DNA from: Antedon mediterranea
Taxonomy: Eukaryota; Animalia; Echinodermata
DNA length: 64,000 nucleotides
Reading direction: 5' to 3'
NCBI RefSeq assembly: GCF_964355755.1
Contig: NC_092675.1
Coordinates: 25,702,912 to 25,766,911 of the forward strand
Shown: positions 13,001 to 26,071 of the stretch, piece by piece
Numbering within the stretch: the first letter of the stretch is position 1
Layout: each line of letters opens with the position of its first letter
Made by a program: the position numbers and the translations under genes
Notes under the pieces: model-generated
Told to the model about the DNA's origin: nothing
Databases searched by the model: none
Seen by the model: only the letters and a program-made list of their open reading frames with translations

Positions 13001-15945
13001 ACGCATGAAAGAAACTTGTACATCACAATTGCAATATATTTTTGTTCTATAGATAATAAAGAACCAGATCTAATTTGTCCTGAACATATCAAGGTAAACA
13101 ACCATACTGACCAGTACGAAAATCCAGTAACATGGAGTGACCCTACAGTGACCGATAATTTACATAAAAATATATCAGCAACTTGCACACCTGCCTCGGG
13201 GTCTATCTTTGACGTTGGATCAACTATTGTCACTTGTTCTGCAACAGATGGTACTGGAAATTTTGGAAGTTGTTCGTTCGTTGTCCATGTCGTAGGTGTA
13301 GTATTTATATCTGGTAAGCATAACCGTTGTAGGCCTACCTATGCTATCAGTACCTAGTTAAACGATCTGTTAAACTATAACTAGAGTGTTGCTTGTCTTA
13401 AAAAGGAAAAATGATAAACAGTTGGCATAACGTAATAAACATCTAATAAAGTAAAATCGAAACAAGTAAATGTTGCAATAGCTCTTACTGTTTTCCCCTG
13501 AACATTTTTTTTTAAACAAAAAATGTTGAATATGGCATTTTAATGTCGCTTAATGGTTATTCAATTTGACCAAACAGTGGATACACAAATAATAGTCAAT
13601 CGGAAGCCCATTTTGTCAGGCTGTAAAAAAGCTTTTATTTATAAGGCGCCTGTAAATAACATTATATTTATAGATGACGAACGGCCCGTTCTCATTTGCC
13701 CTGAGCACATTACGGTAAATAGTGATGATGAGACTAGAAAACCAGTTACTTGGAGTGACCCAATATTGACACTGGAAGGTATATCAGCAACGTGTACCCC
13801 TCCACCGGGGTCACTCTTTGACGATGGTTCAACCATTGTCACGTGTTCTGCTAGAGACAGCAATGGTGGCGTAATAAAATGTTCATTTGTTGTTAATGTT
13901 AAGGAGAGATTTATCTCAGGTAAGAGTGTTTAATATTGAACTAGCAATACAAAGAACAAAATAAACAGCTGGGCTAGTCAATAGAAATACTTCAAAAGAA
14001 TGACATATTTGCAGAGAACCAACAACTTAAACCTTAGCACCTGTTTGGTCTTTCCTTGCCTTATTGTTTTGTCTTCTTTGTATTTTGTATGGCAGAAAAT
14101 TGAATAAATAAATAAATAAATAAACCATTCTAAATAATTGAAAGTGGAAATATATGGTGTAAATTGTAGTACCAAAGTTTTAGAAGAATTTTAAAGTTTC
14201 CTTGAAATACTATGTTGTCTTTCAAAATCTGGGCTGCCATACGCCTACTAATTCTAAAAGTTTGGCAAATGTAAAACAAAAGGCAAGAGAAAGGTAGACG
14301 ATGTGGCTTTCAATTTGATTGTCCATTTGCAGTAGAATTTATATTTTTCTTGGAAGAATATTTAAGCTGTGGTGCTAATACAGAATTTTGGAACAAGTCA
14401 GAGTTAATATAGAATTGCTACCACTACAACAACTATTACCACAACAGATTACTATTACTATTAATACAGACAAAACTCACAATTACAACATTTTTTTTTC
14501 AGAATGTGTAGAATTGTTTTTGAATAATTAAAATTTGTTTATCAAATGTTCACGTTAAACATACATAATAATTAATATTGTGATCAACCTTTTTTTATTC
14601 AACAGATCATGATTGCTACTAATAACAAGTTGTAATAATAATAGTAGGCTACAGTAGCACATACACTTGATTACTTACAGTGTAAACATATGACAGTTCA
14701 GACCAAAACACAAATTGAATATTTTTAGTAATATTTTAAAATTATAAAATTGACTTTAAATGTACTGAATCAAAACAATTGTGTCAGTATTTGGTGAATC
14801 ACTCAACATAAACTACGTTTTATTTTTTGCATTGGTAGATCTTGTTATCGGTATTGTGTGTCCAAGAGACATTACGTTTAATACGGATCAGCCTGCAGTT
14901 GTATGGAATGATCCAGAGTTGACAGACAACGATGGTACTGACGTACAGCCAACTTGTAATCCACCATCTGGCTCTACGTTTGAAGTTGGATCAACCAGGG
15001 TTACTTGTTACGCAGTTTATCCTATTGTTAACATCAGCTGCTGGTTTAATGTTGAGAGTATAAAACGTTCTACGCCATTTGCAAGTTAGTACAGTCATTT
15101 TGGGGTTATTAAAATCTTGAAAATGTTCGGATAATAGCTATATCATTCACATTGACTTCATGAAAAAAAAAATTAAAAATTAATATTATTATCTCGAGTT
15201 AATAGGGCGCCCTCTGTCGGTGTGAAAGTATATTTTTCTGTTTCTATATTATATCTATTTCTATATAATTAAATCATGTATGCTATTAATATAAGTACTT
15301 AACATAATTATGTGTATATTATAATTGTTTTTAAACTGAAATTTAAAAAAAACCTGCATGATAAACATTAATTGTTAAGTTATTATTTTTGAAGATCATG
15401 CGCAAAGTGATATCGTGTCCAGTGACTCCGATAAGGGGTCCACCGACAACGGGTCTACTGACAGCGGGTATACATGCACAATTCCTTGGTTGATAGCAGG
15501 ACTCATGTTCTTCGTAGTGCTTGTACTTATTGCATCAGTAACAGTTGTGGTTGTCCGGTAATGTTTATATTATTTGTAATATTCCTAAATCTATGAATAT
15601 CATTGTTATATGTTATACAGTAGGAAGCCAAATATAATGTTTATTACGGAATTATGTGGAATTAATGACATACGAAAATATTGAAATTACAAAGGCAAAA
15701 TCACATTTATTAATACATTTTATCTCGAGTGTACATATTTGCTTTACCAAAACAATAGTTGAGTATATACATACAAACAAAGCAAGCACACGTTTTGGTT
15801 TTAATTTAATAGTCCTAGAAATAGAAAAATTGTTTTGTTGTCATGTTTCAGATATCGTAAATCAAAGCAGAGCACACTCGGAATCATTATGAAAACTGAA
15901 GAAGAATCAGTGTCCTGGGAAAAGGGAAATAATATAATATACTAA
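10033..15945 (+). CDS. F-type lectin-HYRx4-TM receptor, copy 2 (~588 aa, non-canonical sugar-binding motif)
   Basis: Exons 10033-10129 (MFAFVYTIVCFMTFMHISTC, signal-like), 10826-10933, 11347-11436 (WWYVDL...NREDCC), 11823-12041, 12527-12769, 13053-13313, 13674-13919, 14839-15084, 15395-15557 (TM WLIAGLMFFVVLVLIASVTVVVVR), 15852-15945. Total 1767 nt, open frame. Confidence 0.88.
10231..10500 (-). mobile_element. Partial Helentron/HINE-like element (same family as 31201-31750) in copy 2 intron 1
   Basis: ACTAGAGGGTACTCCGAGAGTACAA..CTCCGCCTACTGTAAAATTC..CTACATAAAAT shared with 31201; includes a tRNA-like segment. Confidence 0.7.
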
Positions 15946-17956
15946 TGTGAAATTAATGTTTCCTATTTAGTGTTTTAATCTACTAAAGACGAAAATATAC
16001 ATTTACTGTTGTTTAAATTACACACTAAAATTCGACTGACATCTCCAAATTAACAGTGTAAACTGGTACTATGACCAAATTAGAAACAAGAAATGATTAA
16101 AGTGATTGTCTTACATTCTAAAAAAAGAAAGAAGAAGATTATATTTCTTTGAAACCTGTATGGAACGGACCACTTGGCAACGATCTTACGCATTTACATA
16201 ATAATTGTTGCTTATTATTTAGAGAAAGTACCAGAACGTCATCTTAAATGTATTTAGTTATTCTGAGTTGAGAACCATGATCATTTGTAAAAACCTAGAT
16301 CTAAAGATGGACGACATAGTCTAATTAGGCCTACCACTTTGTATGGAAAATGCTTAAGAAAATTGGAATAAGAAACTATCTCACATAACCTATGTTTTAA
16401 AAATAATATGCTCTCAATATATACATTAAGCAATTTTAATTAATCATTTAGAGACAAGTGTCATGATTTATATATCCTGATTACATAGTTACAGTACATA
16501 GATAGTAATTAAGAATTAGGAAACACGGTCTTTAAATAAAAATGTTATTTTGAAGAAGAAACATGGTACTAAATAATCAGTTCTTTCCTCTTTAACATGG
16601 GTTTGCAATCTATATACCGTACAGAGTTCTTTCTTTCTTTTCATAAGCATTATTTCCTCATTTGAAGGAGGAAATTATACGGCAGCATCTATTTACGTAA
16701 GGAGGGCAAGGTTTAGTTTTATATACTGTTTGGTACTATATAACTTGATTCACGATTTTTTCTGACAGCAGGTAACTCCCAGGTTGGACATTTTATTTGA
16801 ATACATAAATTACCATCGTTGCAATGCAATATTCATAGTATTTCTTGTACATTATCGTATACCCTTGCGTACATTTTCACCAAAAAAAAAGATGTTTGCG
16901 CCGAAACTTCATTACGGTATTCCAAAAAATCTGTGGGTACTAACTATTGTGCAACAATTCTTTAATAATAATGTCACTGTCCTATAATCATATTATAAAT
17001 ATTTCCGGGTGGAATCCAAAGTACTCTCTTATATCATAATAACATAATAAAAACAACTATGAGAAGAGTTGAGGCTGCATCAGTATGTCGTATTCAAATT
17101 TAATCTATCTTGATCAACTTTGTCGAAGCCGGTAGTTGCAGATGCACTCCTTATTGTGCAATTACTATTTCAAACATAGTGTCACACTGTTAGTATTAAC
17201 CAAGACTGGAAATACCTTCAATTACAGACATGGTATTTCTATACGGTTCCATAAATAAACATGAAAATAAACTACTCATATTGTAATAACAAAAAAAACT
17301 TTCACCAACACTTAATGCAGATTTCTGATCTTTGCAACGAATGTTCTTATTTGCTGTTAGGCAACACACAAGACAGTATATATCTATCTACCAGAAACAC
17401 ACAGACAGTTGCCTAAACACAGAATGCAAACAGTGTCTGTAACTAATTAATATATAGGCTTGTGAACTTTACCCTTTTTCAGTATTTTCTGTTTTTTTCC
17501 CTCATTAATATCATAATTTTAGCCTTTAGTATCATACCATTAGTAAACATTATTTTTGTTAAATATATCCATTTATATTTCATTTAGCATTTTTGTTTTC
17601 TGAATTAAACTGAAACTCAACATTAATACAAAGTATTTACTTCTTAACATTCTTGTTTAGTCCAATTGTATACTAATCAAAATTACAAACTTGTTTATTC
17701 ATTTTACTGTACTTTTATTTTATATTTTACAATTATTATTTATAGGGCTTTATAGTGAATGATTGGGGTTAATAATTAAGATTTGGGTAGGACATTATAG
17801 GTTAGGCCATGTAGGTCTGGTAATAATGGATTAGAGATTTTTTTAACAGATGTAAACATTTTCGTTGCTATGAAAACGAGTATCCTGGTGAGAACCCGAT
17901 ACACACAGTAGGCCTATATTTCGCATATTAAATTTCTGTTTTGCCATTCTTGCAAA

Positions 17957-20900
17957 ATGTTTGCGTCAGTGTACACTCTCGTCTGTTTTATGACTTTTCT
18001 GCATATATCGACATCCAGAATCATTCAGTCATGCTACGATACGTTTGAATTAGGTAAGTTATACTCTATTTTTTCAATCATTTAATTATTTTAGCATACC
18101 GGTAACGAGTCTTTGAAACCCCATGTTTAACGAAATAGCACAAGAGTTACACTAGGTAAGTTATTCTGGAATTTATTATGTAATGTAAATATATAATTAC
18201 TTTTATTTCAACGGTCTATTTACTATATATTATGATAGATAAGTTTCAAAGTTAGTATTTGCCATTGGTACCCAGATTTTTCAATTAAATTCAACTTGGT
18301 TTTATTTTCCGCACAAGGAAAACCACAGGCCTATATAATATGGATGATTCATATTTTAAGATAGTTCTATAACGTAATGTATATAATACTGTCGATGATA
18401 ATAATACTAATAAAGGCGAATCATATAATAGAAATAAATAGATCAGAGACGCTTTTACAGCAAATTTGAACCAATTATTATTGTAGATTTTGAAAACGTA
18501 CAATGCGTCGATTTTCTTTCCGTCACAAAAGCCAATATTATACTTTACGGAACACGACGGTTAGTGGGGAGGACGACGAATATCCTGAGTTCGCTAGAGC
18601 GTAAAATCATATACAGTCAGCATAGCCATAGTTTTATTAGGCAAGCTTGGTTCCCACTAGAACGTATCGCAAGGACGTAAACGCAACGCAAGCGTTTTAA
18701 CCAATGACAAGCGAAGTTATAGACAGTTATCAATCACAGGCGAATAAGCCATCGCTTGTGATTGGTCAATTCACTTGCGTTGCGTTACGTCCTTGCGTTG
18801 CGTTACGTCCTTGCGTTGCTAGTGGGAACCACGCTTTACGCACTTTTAGAGCCTTTAGGCGAAGACGTCGACCGACAGTCTCTCCCTCCCCTGTCTCGTG
18901 GCGCAAGCCCTTCTGAATAGCTTGGCTATGGGGATACCGAATAGGCCTATTATAGTCTTCCTAGCTAGGGCCTCGCATTCAACCGCCGCTTTTAAGACAG
19001 CCATTTTAACCTAATAAAAATGTTATTTCATTAAACAATTAAATTAGAAGTTCAAATATTATTTAGAGTTTTGAAAATTTGAATTGAATATAAAAGGTTA
19101 TATATACATTATTTCTAGTTGTTCTCCGTAAACGGGAAAATGGCAACTTTATCGTCCTCAAAAAGTTAAGACGACGGAATTTCACTCTAAGCTCCGCCCA
19201 CTTTGTTCAAGTTCATGCATAAAATTATTCATGGCTGTGGCTTCCCGTCGTGTTTCGTAAAGTCCCTATTATTATGTTTACGTATCTTTTACAAAGTTTA
19301 GAACTTTATATATATTCCTGCTTTACCTCAGTCACATAAGGTTCTGGATTATAAAAATAGGCATACGTCTACATCTCCAAAATCATCAAAACTATGCTCG
19401 TTATAAATATATAACTTTTAAAACCACTCTTCATTTTCTTCAGTATCAGAGTTTAAACAAGCTAGACAAAGTTCAATGAATGCAAATGGTGTTGCTTCAT
19501 ATGCTGTTGACGGTGGATTAAGTGGGCAATACAACAGGCGAACTTGCTCTCATACCAGTAGGTATACGAGCCTGAAGTCTTTTAAATACTATTAAAATGG
19601 TTAATATGTTTATATGCTCTAATTCTTGCCCACCCGCAAGGGGACTGGAGTGTAACTAAATGTGTTTATACTATTAGTAGTGAATGGCAATCAGTTGAAC
19701 GAGGAAGAGAAGAAGAATTATTTTACGAATTGAAAGATTTAATGTTTAACGATTTGCCGAGTTAAATTATCCAATAACGCTGGTAACCAGGATGGAAGGG
19801 GCGGGTGAATGTTCCCCTTTTGTAGAAAAACAACATCCTTTGCAAAAATCCTGGCTCGTTCGTTTCATAAATAACAAGAAATATTTCTTACAAAAAACGC
19901 CGCTTGACATTTTAACATCAATCATTGTTCTTTTGATTAATTTAAAATTAATTATTAAAAAAATGTCATTTAATCGCAAAAATACATACAAATCACAGAT
20001 AGTTCTTTAATTATGAATCACATGCCCATTTTTTCACTAGTTAATTGTATACACAGCATTTGAAAGAAGACATGTGTATTATTTGCCAACAAACATTAAT
20101 CTACTAATTTAGAAATGGAATTTAAAAATGGTCAATCTTGAACTTCAATGTGCTGTAGTCTGTTTGTTGTGACCTCAACCTGTACTGAAGGCATGTAATT
20201 AAAAACCCTCTAGAAACAACGTGACTTCACGGTGGTACAAGTGACAAAATTCTTCCACAATCTGTTGATTCGCGTCAACCACCAATCAAAGGGCGAGAAT
20301 CCATAATCGTTACCGTAAACCGTGGGCCCTCATACTCTCTTTTTCCTGACGTATTTTGGGTCCAGCAGCTGGGACCTATAAATTATAGTCGAGTTTACAA
20401 ATTCGCAAAACTGTCAGCCTTAGATACTAAAGCTACCGCTATGAAACAGCTTATTAATGAATATGTTCTTCTGGACATAGCTGGCTAGAGCCGTGGCGCA
20501 AAAATATTCTGCAAACAGGGATTTTTTATTTTTTTATTTAAAGCTCAACAGAATCGACCGTGGTGGTATGTTGATCTCGGAACGGAAACAGTAATTTCGA
20601 AGATTGTTATATATAACAGAGAAGATTGTTGTGGTAAGAGTACATTAATCATTGATAAAAAAAATATTGGGGCGTTTTTTTAGGGCATATCAATTTTTAC
20701 CTCTGTTGCATGCGTGTATTGCTATCGCTGTAGACGGTTAAGCAAGTCACTATCCGTGTTTATTATATCTTTTTAAAATGTTTGGGTCCAACCCATGATA
20801 ACATACAATGACAGCATTCAGTAGTCTAATGGTAATGTCAATCAATATTTCTCAGTTTAGTACATATTTAAAATTTATCATCGTTTATTTATCGTGCATT

Positions 20901-23900
20901 GTGGTAACATTCAATAACTTTATTTTTTAAGCGGAGAGGTTGGCAGGTATGGAAGTTCGTGTCGGCAATAACAATGTTTCGCCTTTTTCGGGTAATGCAC
21001 AATGTGGATCGACTATTTCACGAATTACTGCAATCGCAATAAACCCGATAGAAATATCATGCAACCCACCTATTTCTGGGCGGTATGTTACTGTATCTAC
21101 ACCGATTTTAGGAATTATCACATTATGTGAAGTAAAGGTTTTCAAAGGTGTGTATAAACATCAATATACGATAAACATTTTTAAGGTCTATTATGTGTTA
21201 TTATCTATTATTGGCAGAACGCTTGCAAAGTTACTACGTATATTTGTTTTATGTAAGTTTTTACACAATACACAGCAAAAAGTTACCGTCGACATATTGC
21301 TATCAAAATCTCATGTATCTTCAATAGGCGCCCATATCAAATAAAACGCCCTCTGTCGTTTTTATGCATTTGCCGAGTATTTTTCGCTCAGAGTTTTTAC
21401 AATAAACAAATTTTATTTTTAAAACAATATACCGACATTTTATAAGTCAAAGACATACTACATTAGGTTTTATAGATATTATAGATATATGTTATAGATG
21501 ACAACTTTATTTACCAAATGTTTAATAATATAATCAACTAAGCACTAACATTGGTTTTGTAGATATTGGAAAACCTGAAGTTGTGTGTCCAGATGATATA
21601 GAAGTAAATGTTGATAATAACCAGACTTTGCACCAAGTTACTTGGAATCCTCCTGAAGTTTCTGATAATTTTCATACGGATCTTTCGGCAACCTGTTCTC
21701 CGTTATCAGGTTCTTTATTTCCCATTGGTTTCACCCAAGTTACTTGTTCAGCAACTGACGCAACTGGAAACGAAAGAAACTGTTCTTTTGTTGTAACTAT
21801 TGCAGGTCAGGAAACTAATGATACTATGAAAATTACAAAGTTTTATTTTAAATCTTTATGTTTTGATATAGGAGAATTAATTTTAAAAATTAAGTCACTA
21901 ATTGTATGGTTAAATGTATTATTGAAAGACAACTATTAGACCTCCTTCAAACCCCCCCACCCCAAGATATCTAATTTAAATATTACATTGTTCGTTAAGC
22001 TCTGTCTACACTATCAATGACATCATCAAGTCCATATGCATAATATATAGGCACATTACATAAAATGTGATACTGTAGACAGAACTTTATATAACGAATA
22101 AACATGCCTATTTCTTAAATTATAATTTATATAATCATAATTGAAACATTTTGAACATATTGAACCAATATACTCTTGAACTAAGGCTCTGTCTACACTA
22201 TAACACTTTATGTGCCCATATATGGCCATGGTGATGTGAGATCACTGCCATATTTGAGCATATCACTACCAATTGGGCAAATTACACTTTTTTGTCAACT
22301 AGTTTGATAGTGTAGACAGAGCTCAAGATCAAAATACTTATTATGTTATTTTTTAAATGTTTTTTAGATAATAAGGAACCAGACCTCGTGTGTCCTGAAC
22401 CCATTATTGTTAACAACAGCACCGACCAATACGAAGACCCAGTTACCTGGAGTGACCCAACCGTAACTGATAATTTGCATAATGATATTTCCGCAACTTG
22501 TTCACCTGAATCGGGATCAATATTTGGTGTTGGTTCAACTATTGTCACGTGTTCTGCAACGGATGATACTGGAAATGTGGGAAGTTGTTCATTCGTTGTC
22601 CATGTCACGGGTCAAAAATTTATTTCTGGTAAGCATAGGCCTAACTTCTACTATTTTTCTTTATTATCTAAAGAACAGACAAATATACATATACATAATA
22701 TACAGTATAATTGCAATTGTCTCAAGAGGGTAAACTTTTGTCTTTAAAATTAGTATTGCTATATCTCTTTTAGCTATTCATCGTGTCCGTGGGTGGTTAT
22801 GGGTGCAGAATAAATCTCTTTCTAATTCATCAAAATATATTTATGACAATTCTATTCTATAAAAGTTTTCATGTGCTGCCCTACGAAGAACAGAGCACCT
22901 AACAATAATAGTATTTTAATTAAAATGAAGAAGTTTTAAGTTGACGTTTTCGCTCCTCTCAAATCGACAGGCACCGCGTTCCAGATCCCCGGAGCGGTGA
23001 CAGAAGAGACATTGTCACCAGCTTTCCGATTAGATCGTGGAACGAAAAGTCGAGTGGGACAATTGGAGGAGCTGATCAAAATTGGAATGCAGTATTTTAT
23101 TGTGTTCCTTAATGCATTAGTTTTAATTTGCATAATGAATATAGCCATACAGAGTTATTTTAACGAACACATTTACGTTTGAATATGCAACAACATTTTC
23201 AAAATGGTGCTTTTACTGTTTAATATTTTATAATAAAACACTTAAAACTTAAATGTACAGGTGACCAACGACCTTTCCTCACTTGTCCTGGGCATATTAC
23301 CGTGAATAGTGATCAATCTAGGAACCCAGTTACTTGGACTGACCCCATATTGACGCCGGGAGGTATATCAGCAACGTGTACACCTGCGTCGGAGTCAGTC
23401 TTTGACGATGGTTCAACCATTGTTACATGTTCTGCTAGAGACAGCAATGGTGACGTAATAAGATGTTCATTTGTAGTTTATGTTAAAGAGATATTAAAAT
23501 CAGGTAAGATAATATTATATTAGTATCACTTGACAACATTGAATTTTAGTGTAGTCATTAATTCATGCAGTTAAGACAGAAAACGGACACCCTTAAAACA
23601 TTCTAAATAAAAAGGGAAACCACATTATGGAACCCGTAGTGTCCAAAGTCGGATAACGGTCTCTAGAAGTGTGCTGTATGTCATGTTTCTTAACGTCTGT
23701 GCTTACAATTACAAGGATAGTTTCTAGAAGAAGTTTATGATATAATGTTTACAATTTATATGTAGGTGCTTTTTGGAACAATTTGAAAGTGTTGGCAAAT
23801 TATATTTTATTGTAGTACCGGTATGAAATTGGATGTTCTGAAAAATTTGAGTCTACGTAACAGTATTGCCAATTTGAATTGTATGTGTCAATTAGAGTAG

Positions 23901-25274
23901 ATTCCATTTACATTTTTTGTGGAGAAATATTAATTAAAATTAACTATTATTTTGAAACACTAAATCTAGAATTTAGGGACAAGTAAGCCCTGAGAGTAAC
24001 TTTGCTTGCTGATACTACCACAATTGCTTCCAAACACAAATTCAACATTTCTTTATGTTCAAATTGTTTACAAATGTTGATACTGGATTGAAATTGTATA
24101 CTTTATAGGCCTACATTGTAGGAAATTCACTTAAAATCGATTTGTTTTAATATATTATGGGTAGATCTCACTATCGGTATCGGTTGTCCAAGTGACATTA
24201 CGTTTAATACGGATCAGCCTGTAGTTGTATGGAATAAACCCAAGTTGACAGACAACGTTGGTACTGACGTACAGCCAACTTGTAATCCATCATCTGGCTC
24301 TACGTTTGAAGTTGGATCAACCAGGGTTACTTGTTACGCAGTTTATCCTATTGTTAACATCAGCTGCTGGTTTAATGTTGGGAGTATAGAAAGTTCTACG
24401 CCATTTACAGGTCAGTCTACAACCTTTTAATGAAACACTAGTAATAATTGGTGATGATACTCTCGTCCGTTGAAGTTTGACCGCCTCAGACATAATTGTG
24501 TGGTTCACCCATTGTTCCTATTTAAAAACTGGAATTCAATCACGATATCAATCTTTGTTTAAATGATTATTTTTTCAGATCGAAGTGACAGTGGGTCCAC
24601 CAACAGTAGGTCCACCAACAACGCGTCCACCGACAGCGAGTCCACCGATGCACAGTCTTGGCTAATTGGAGGACTCGTTATCATCATAACGCTTGCTCTT
24701 ATAGCAGCGGTAACAGTTTTGGTTGTCAGGTAATGTTCATAAATTTTGTTTATTTTTAAGATAGCCAGACCAAATGAAAGATCTTTCTGCTCAAACTATG
24801 TTACAAACATAGATTCCATTTGATATTCATTTCTGGCTGACTGATGAAAGATAACGGGTTCCGTTTTCGATCGTAAAAATCATGGAAAAGTGATATTTAT
24901 TGTTCGGCCGATACAATGATTTTTACAACTTAAAATAAAAAAGAAAACAACTTTTTATTTCCTTTTTAATTTTCGCTAAAAAAAGAACAAAAATGTCATT
25001 CTTAAATAACCATCGCTTTGCCGAAACATTATTCCAATTTTTAGAAACATACCGTGCATATAGGTCGCGTACAGGAATCAAGCGAAGAGAATGCATACTT
25101 TAGCTAATTTTAATTCAGCTAATTTTAATTTAACATAATAAATTCAATAGATTCAATAATTCAGGTAAAATTAACTTTGTTTATTGTTTCAGATATCGTA
25201 AATCTAAGCAGAGTACACTTGGAATCAATATGGAAACAGAAAAAGACTCCGTGACCTTGGGAATTGTTAATTAA
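17957..25274 (+). CDS. F-type lectin-HYRx4-TM receptor, copy 3 (~580 aa, canonical HX26RXDX4R motif)
   Basis: Exons 17957-18053, 19444-19557 (AVDGG...CSHT), 20544-20633 (PWWYVDLG...NREDCC), 20932-21147 (AERL...LCEVKVF), 21563-21805, 22368-22628, 23261-23503, 24165-24410, 24579-24729 (TM), 25193-25274. Total 1743 nt, open frame. Confidence 0.9.
18540..19267. mobile_element. Non-autonomous DNA transposon with a nested MITE (18643-18837) in copy 3 intron 1
   Basis: Inverted ends ACTTTACGGAACACGACGG / CCGTCGTGTTTCGTAAAGT. Confidence 0.65.
21998..22324. mobile_element. Two adjacent short MITEs
   Basis: GCTCTGTCTACACTAT...TAGTGTAGACAGAGC inverted repeats at ~21999-22085 and ~22186-22323. Confidence 0.65.
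22860..23120 (-). mobile_element. L2/CR1 LINE 3'-end remnant
   Basis: RLFVPRSNRKAGD...SVTAPGIWNAVPVDLR is a typical L2/CR1 ORF2 C-terminus. Confidence 0.6.
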
Positions 25275-26071
25275 TGTTATTCCAAAATATGTTATACATG
25301 TATATAGGCCCTACGGCCTTAGGCCAAGAATATATATATTGTCTGTACTGTAGTTCAAATTGCTTGCACTAAGATTCGACATAGCTAGTATAATACCATT
25401 CACGATAAACATTGTATGGCCTACAATTGTAGCAGATTGTATACAGAATATGATACCTGACCTCAACTGACCTAGCTTGACTACTTTTTTATGAGACATT
25501 GTTCAATACATTTTCAAAGAAAAGTAGGTAGTATAAAACTGTAGATAATTGTTGATATACCATGAAGATAAAGATGTGTTGAAGAATTTGGTAAATGTTT
25601 TAATATATGCCTTTCTATTATTATTTGTATGCAAACGATTTTTATACTTCGTAATTTTAACTATCTCCCCAATGATCAGAAAGTGCTTATCTAAACGCCC
25701 TGCCCCCTCTCCTACAAATAAAACATAGGGAAAACGTCAACCGTATTAAATTAACAAGTTTGTGGTTCAGTACGTTGTACAGTCAAATTATATAACAAAT
25801 AAAATAGTATTCAATTAATTTACAAGTGTATCCAAACTATTAAAAATCTAACTGCACAAATTTAAGGTATTTTTCTGTTCCATATAGACGTGACACAGGC
25901 TTCTGTGGATCAGCAACTTATAATACGATAACCATTAGGCCCTATGTAGGAAATTGTGGTTGCTACAATTTCCTTAAACTACTACTGTGTACAATTCCAA
26001 GTAAATAAAGGAACTGAAAGAGTCTCGCTTTACATTAATTTCTCTATTCTCTGGTTGAACATTCTTACAAA

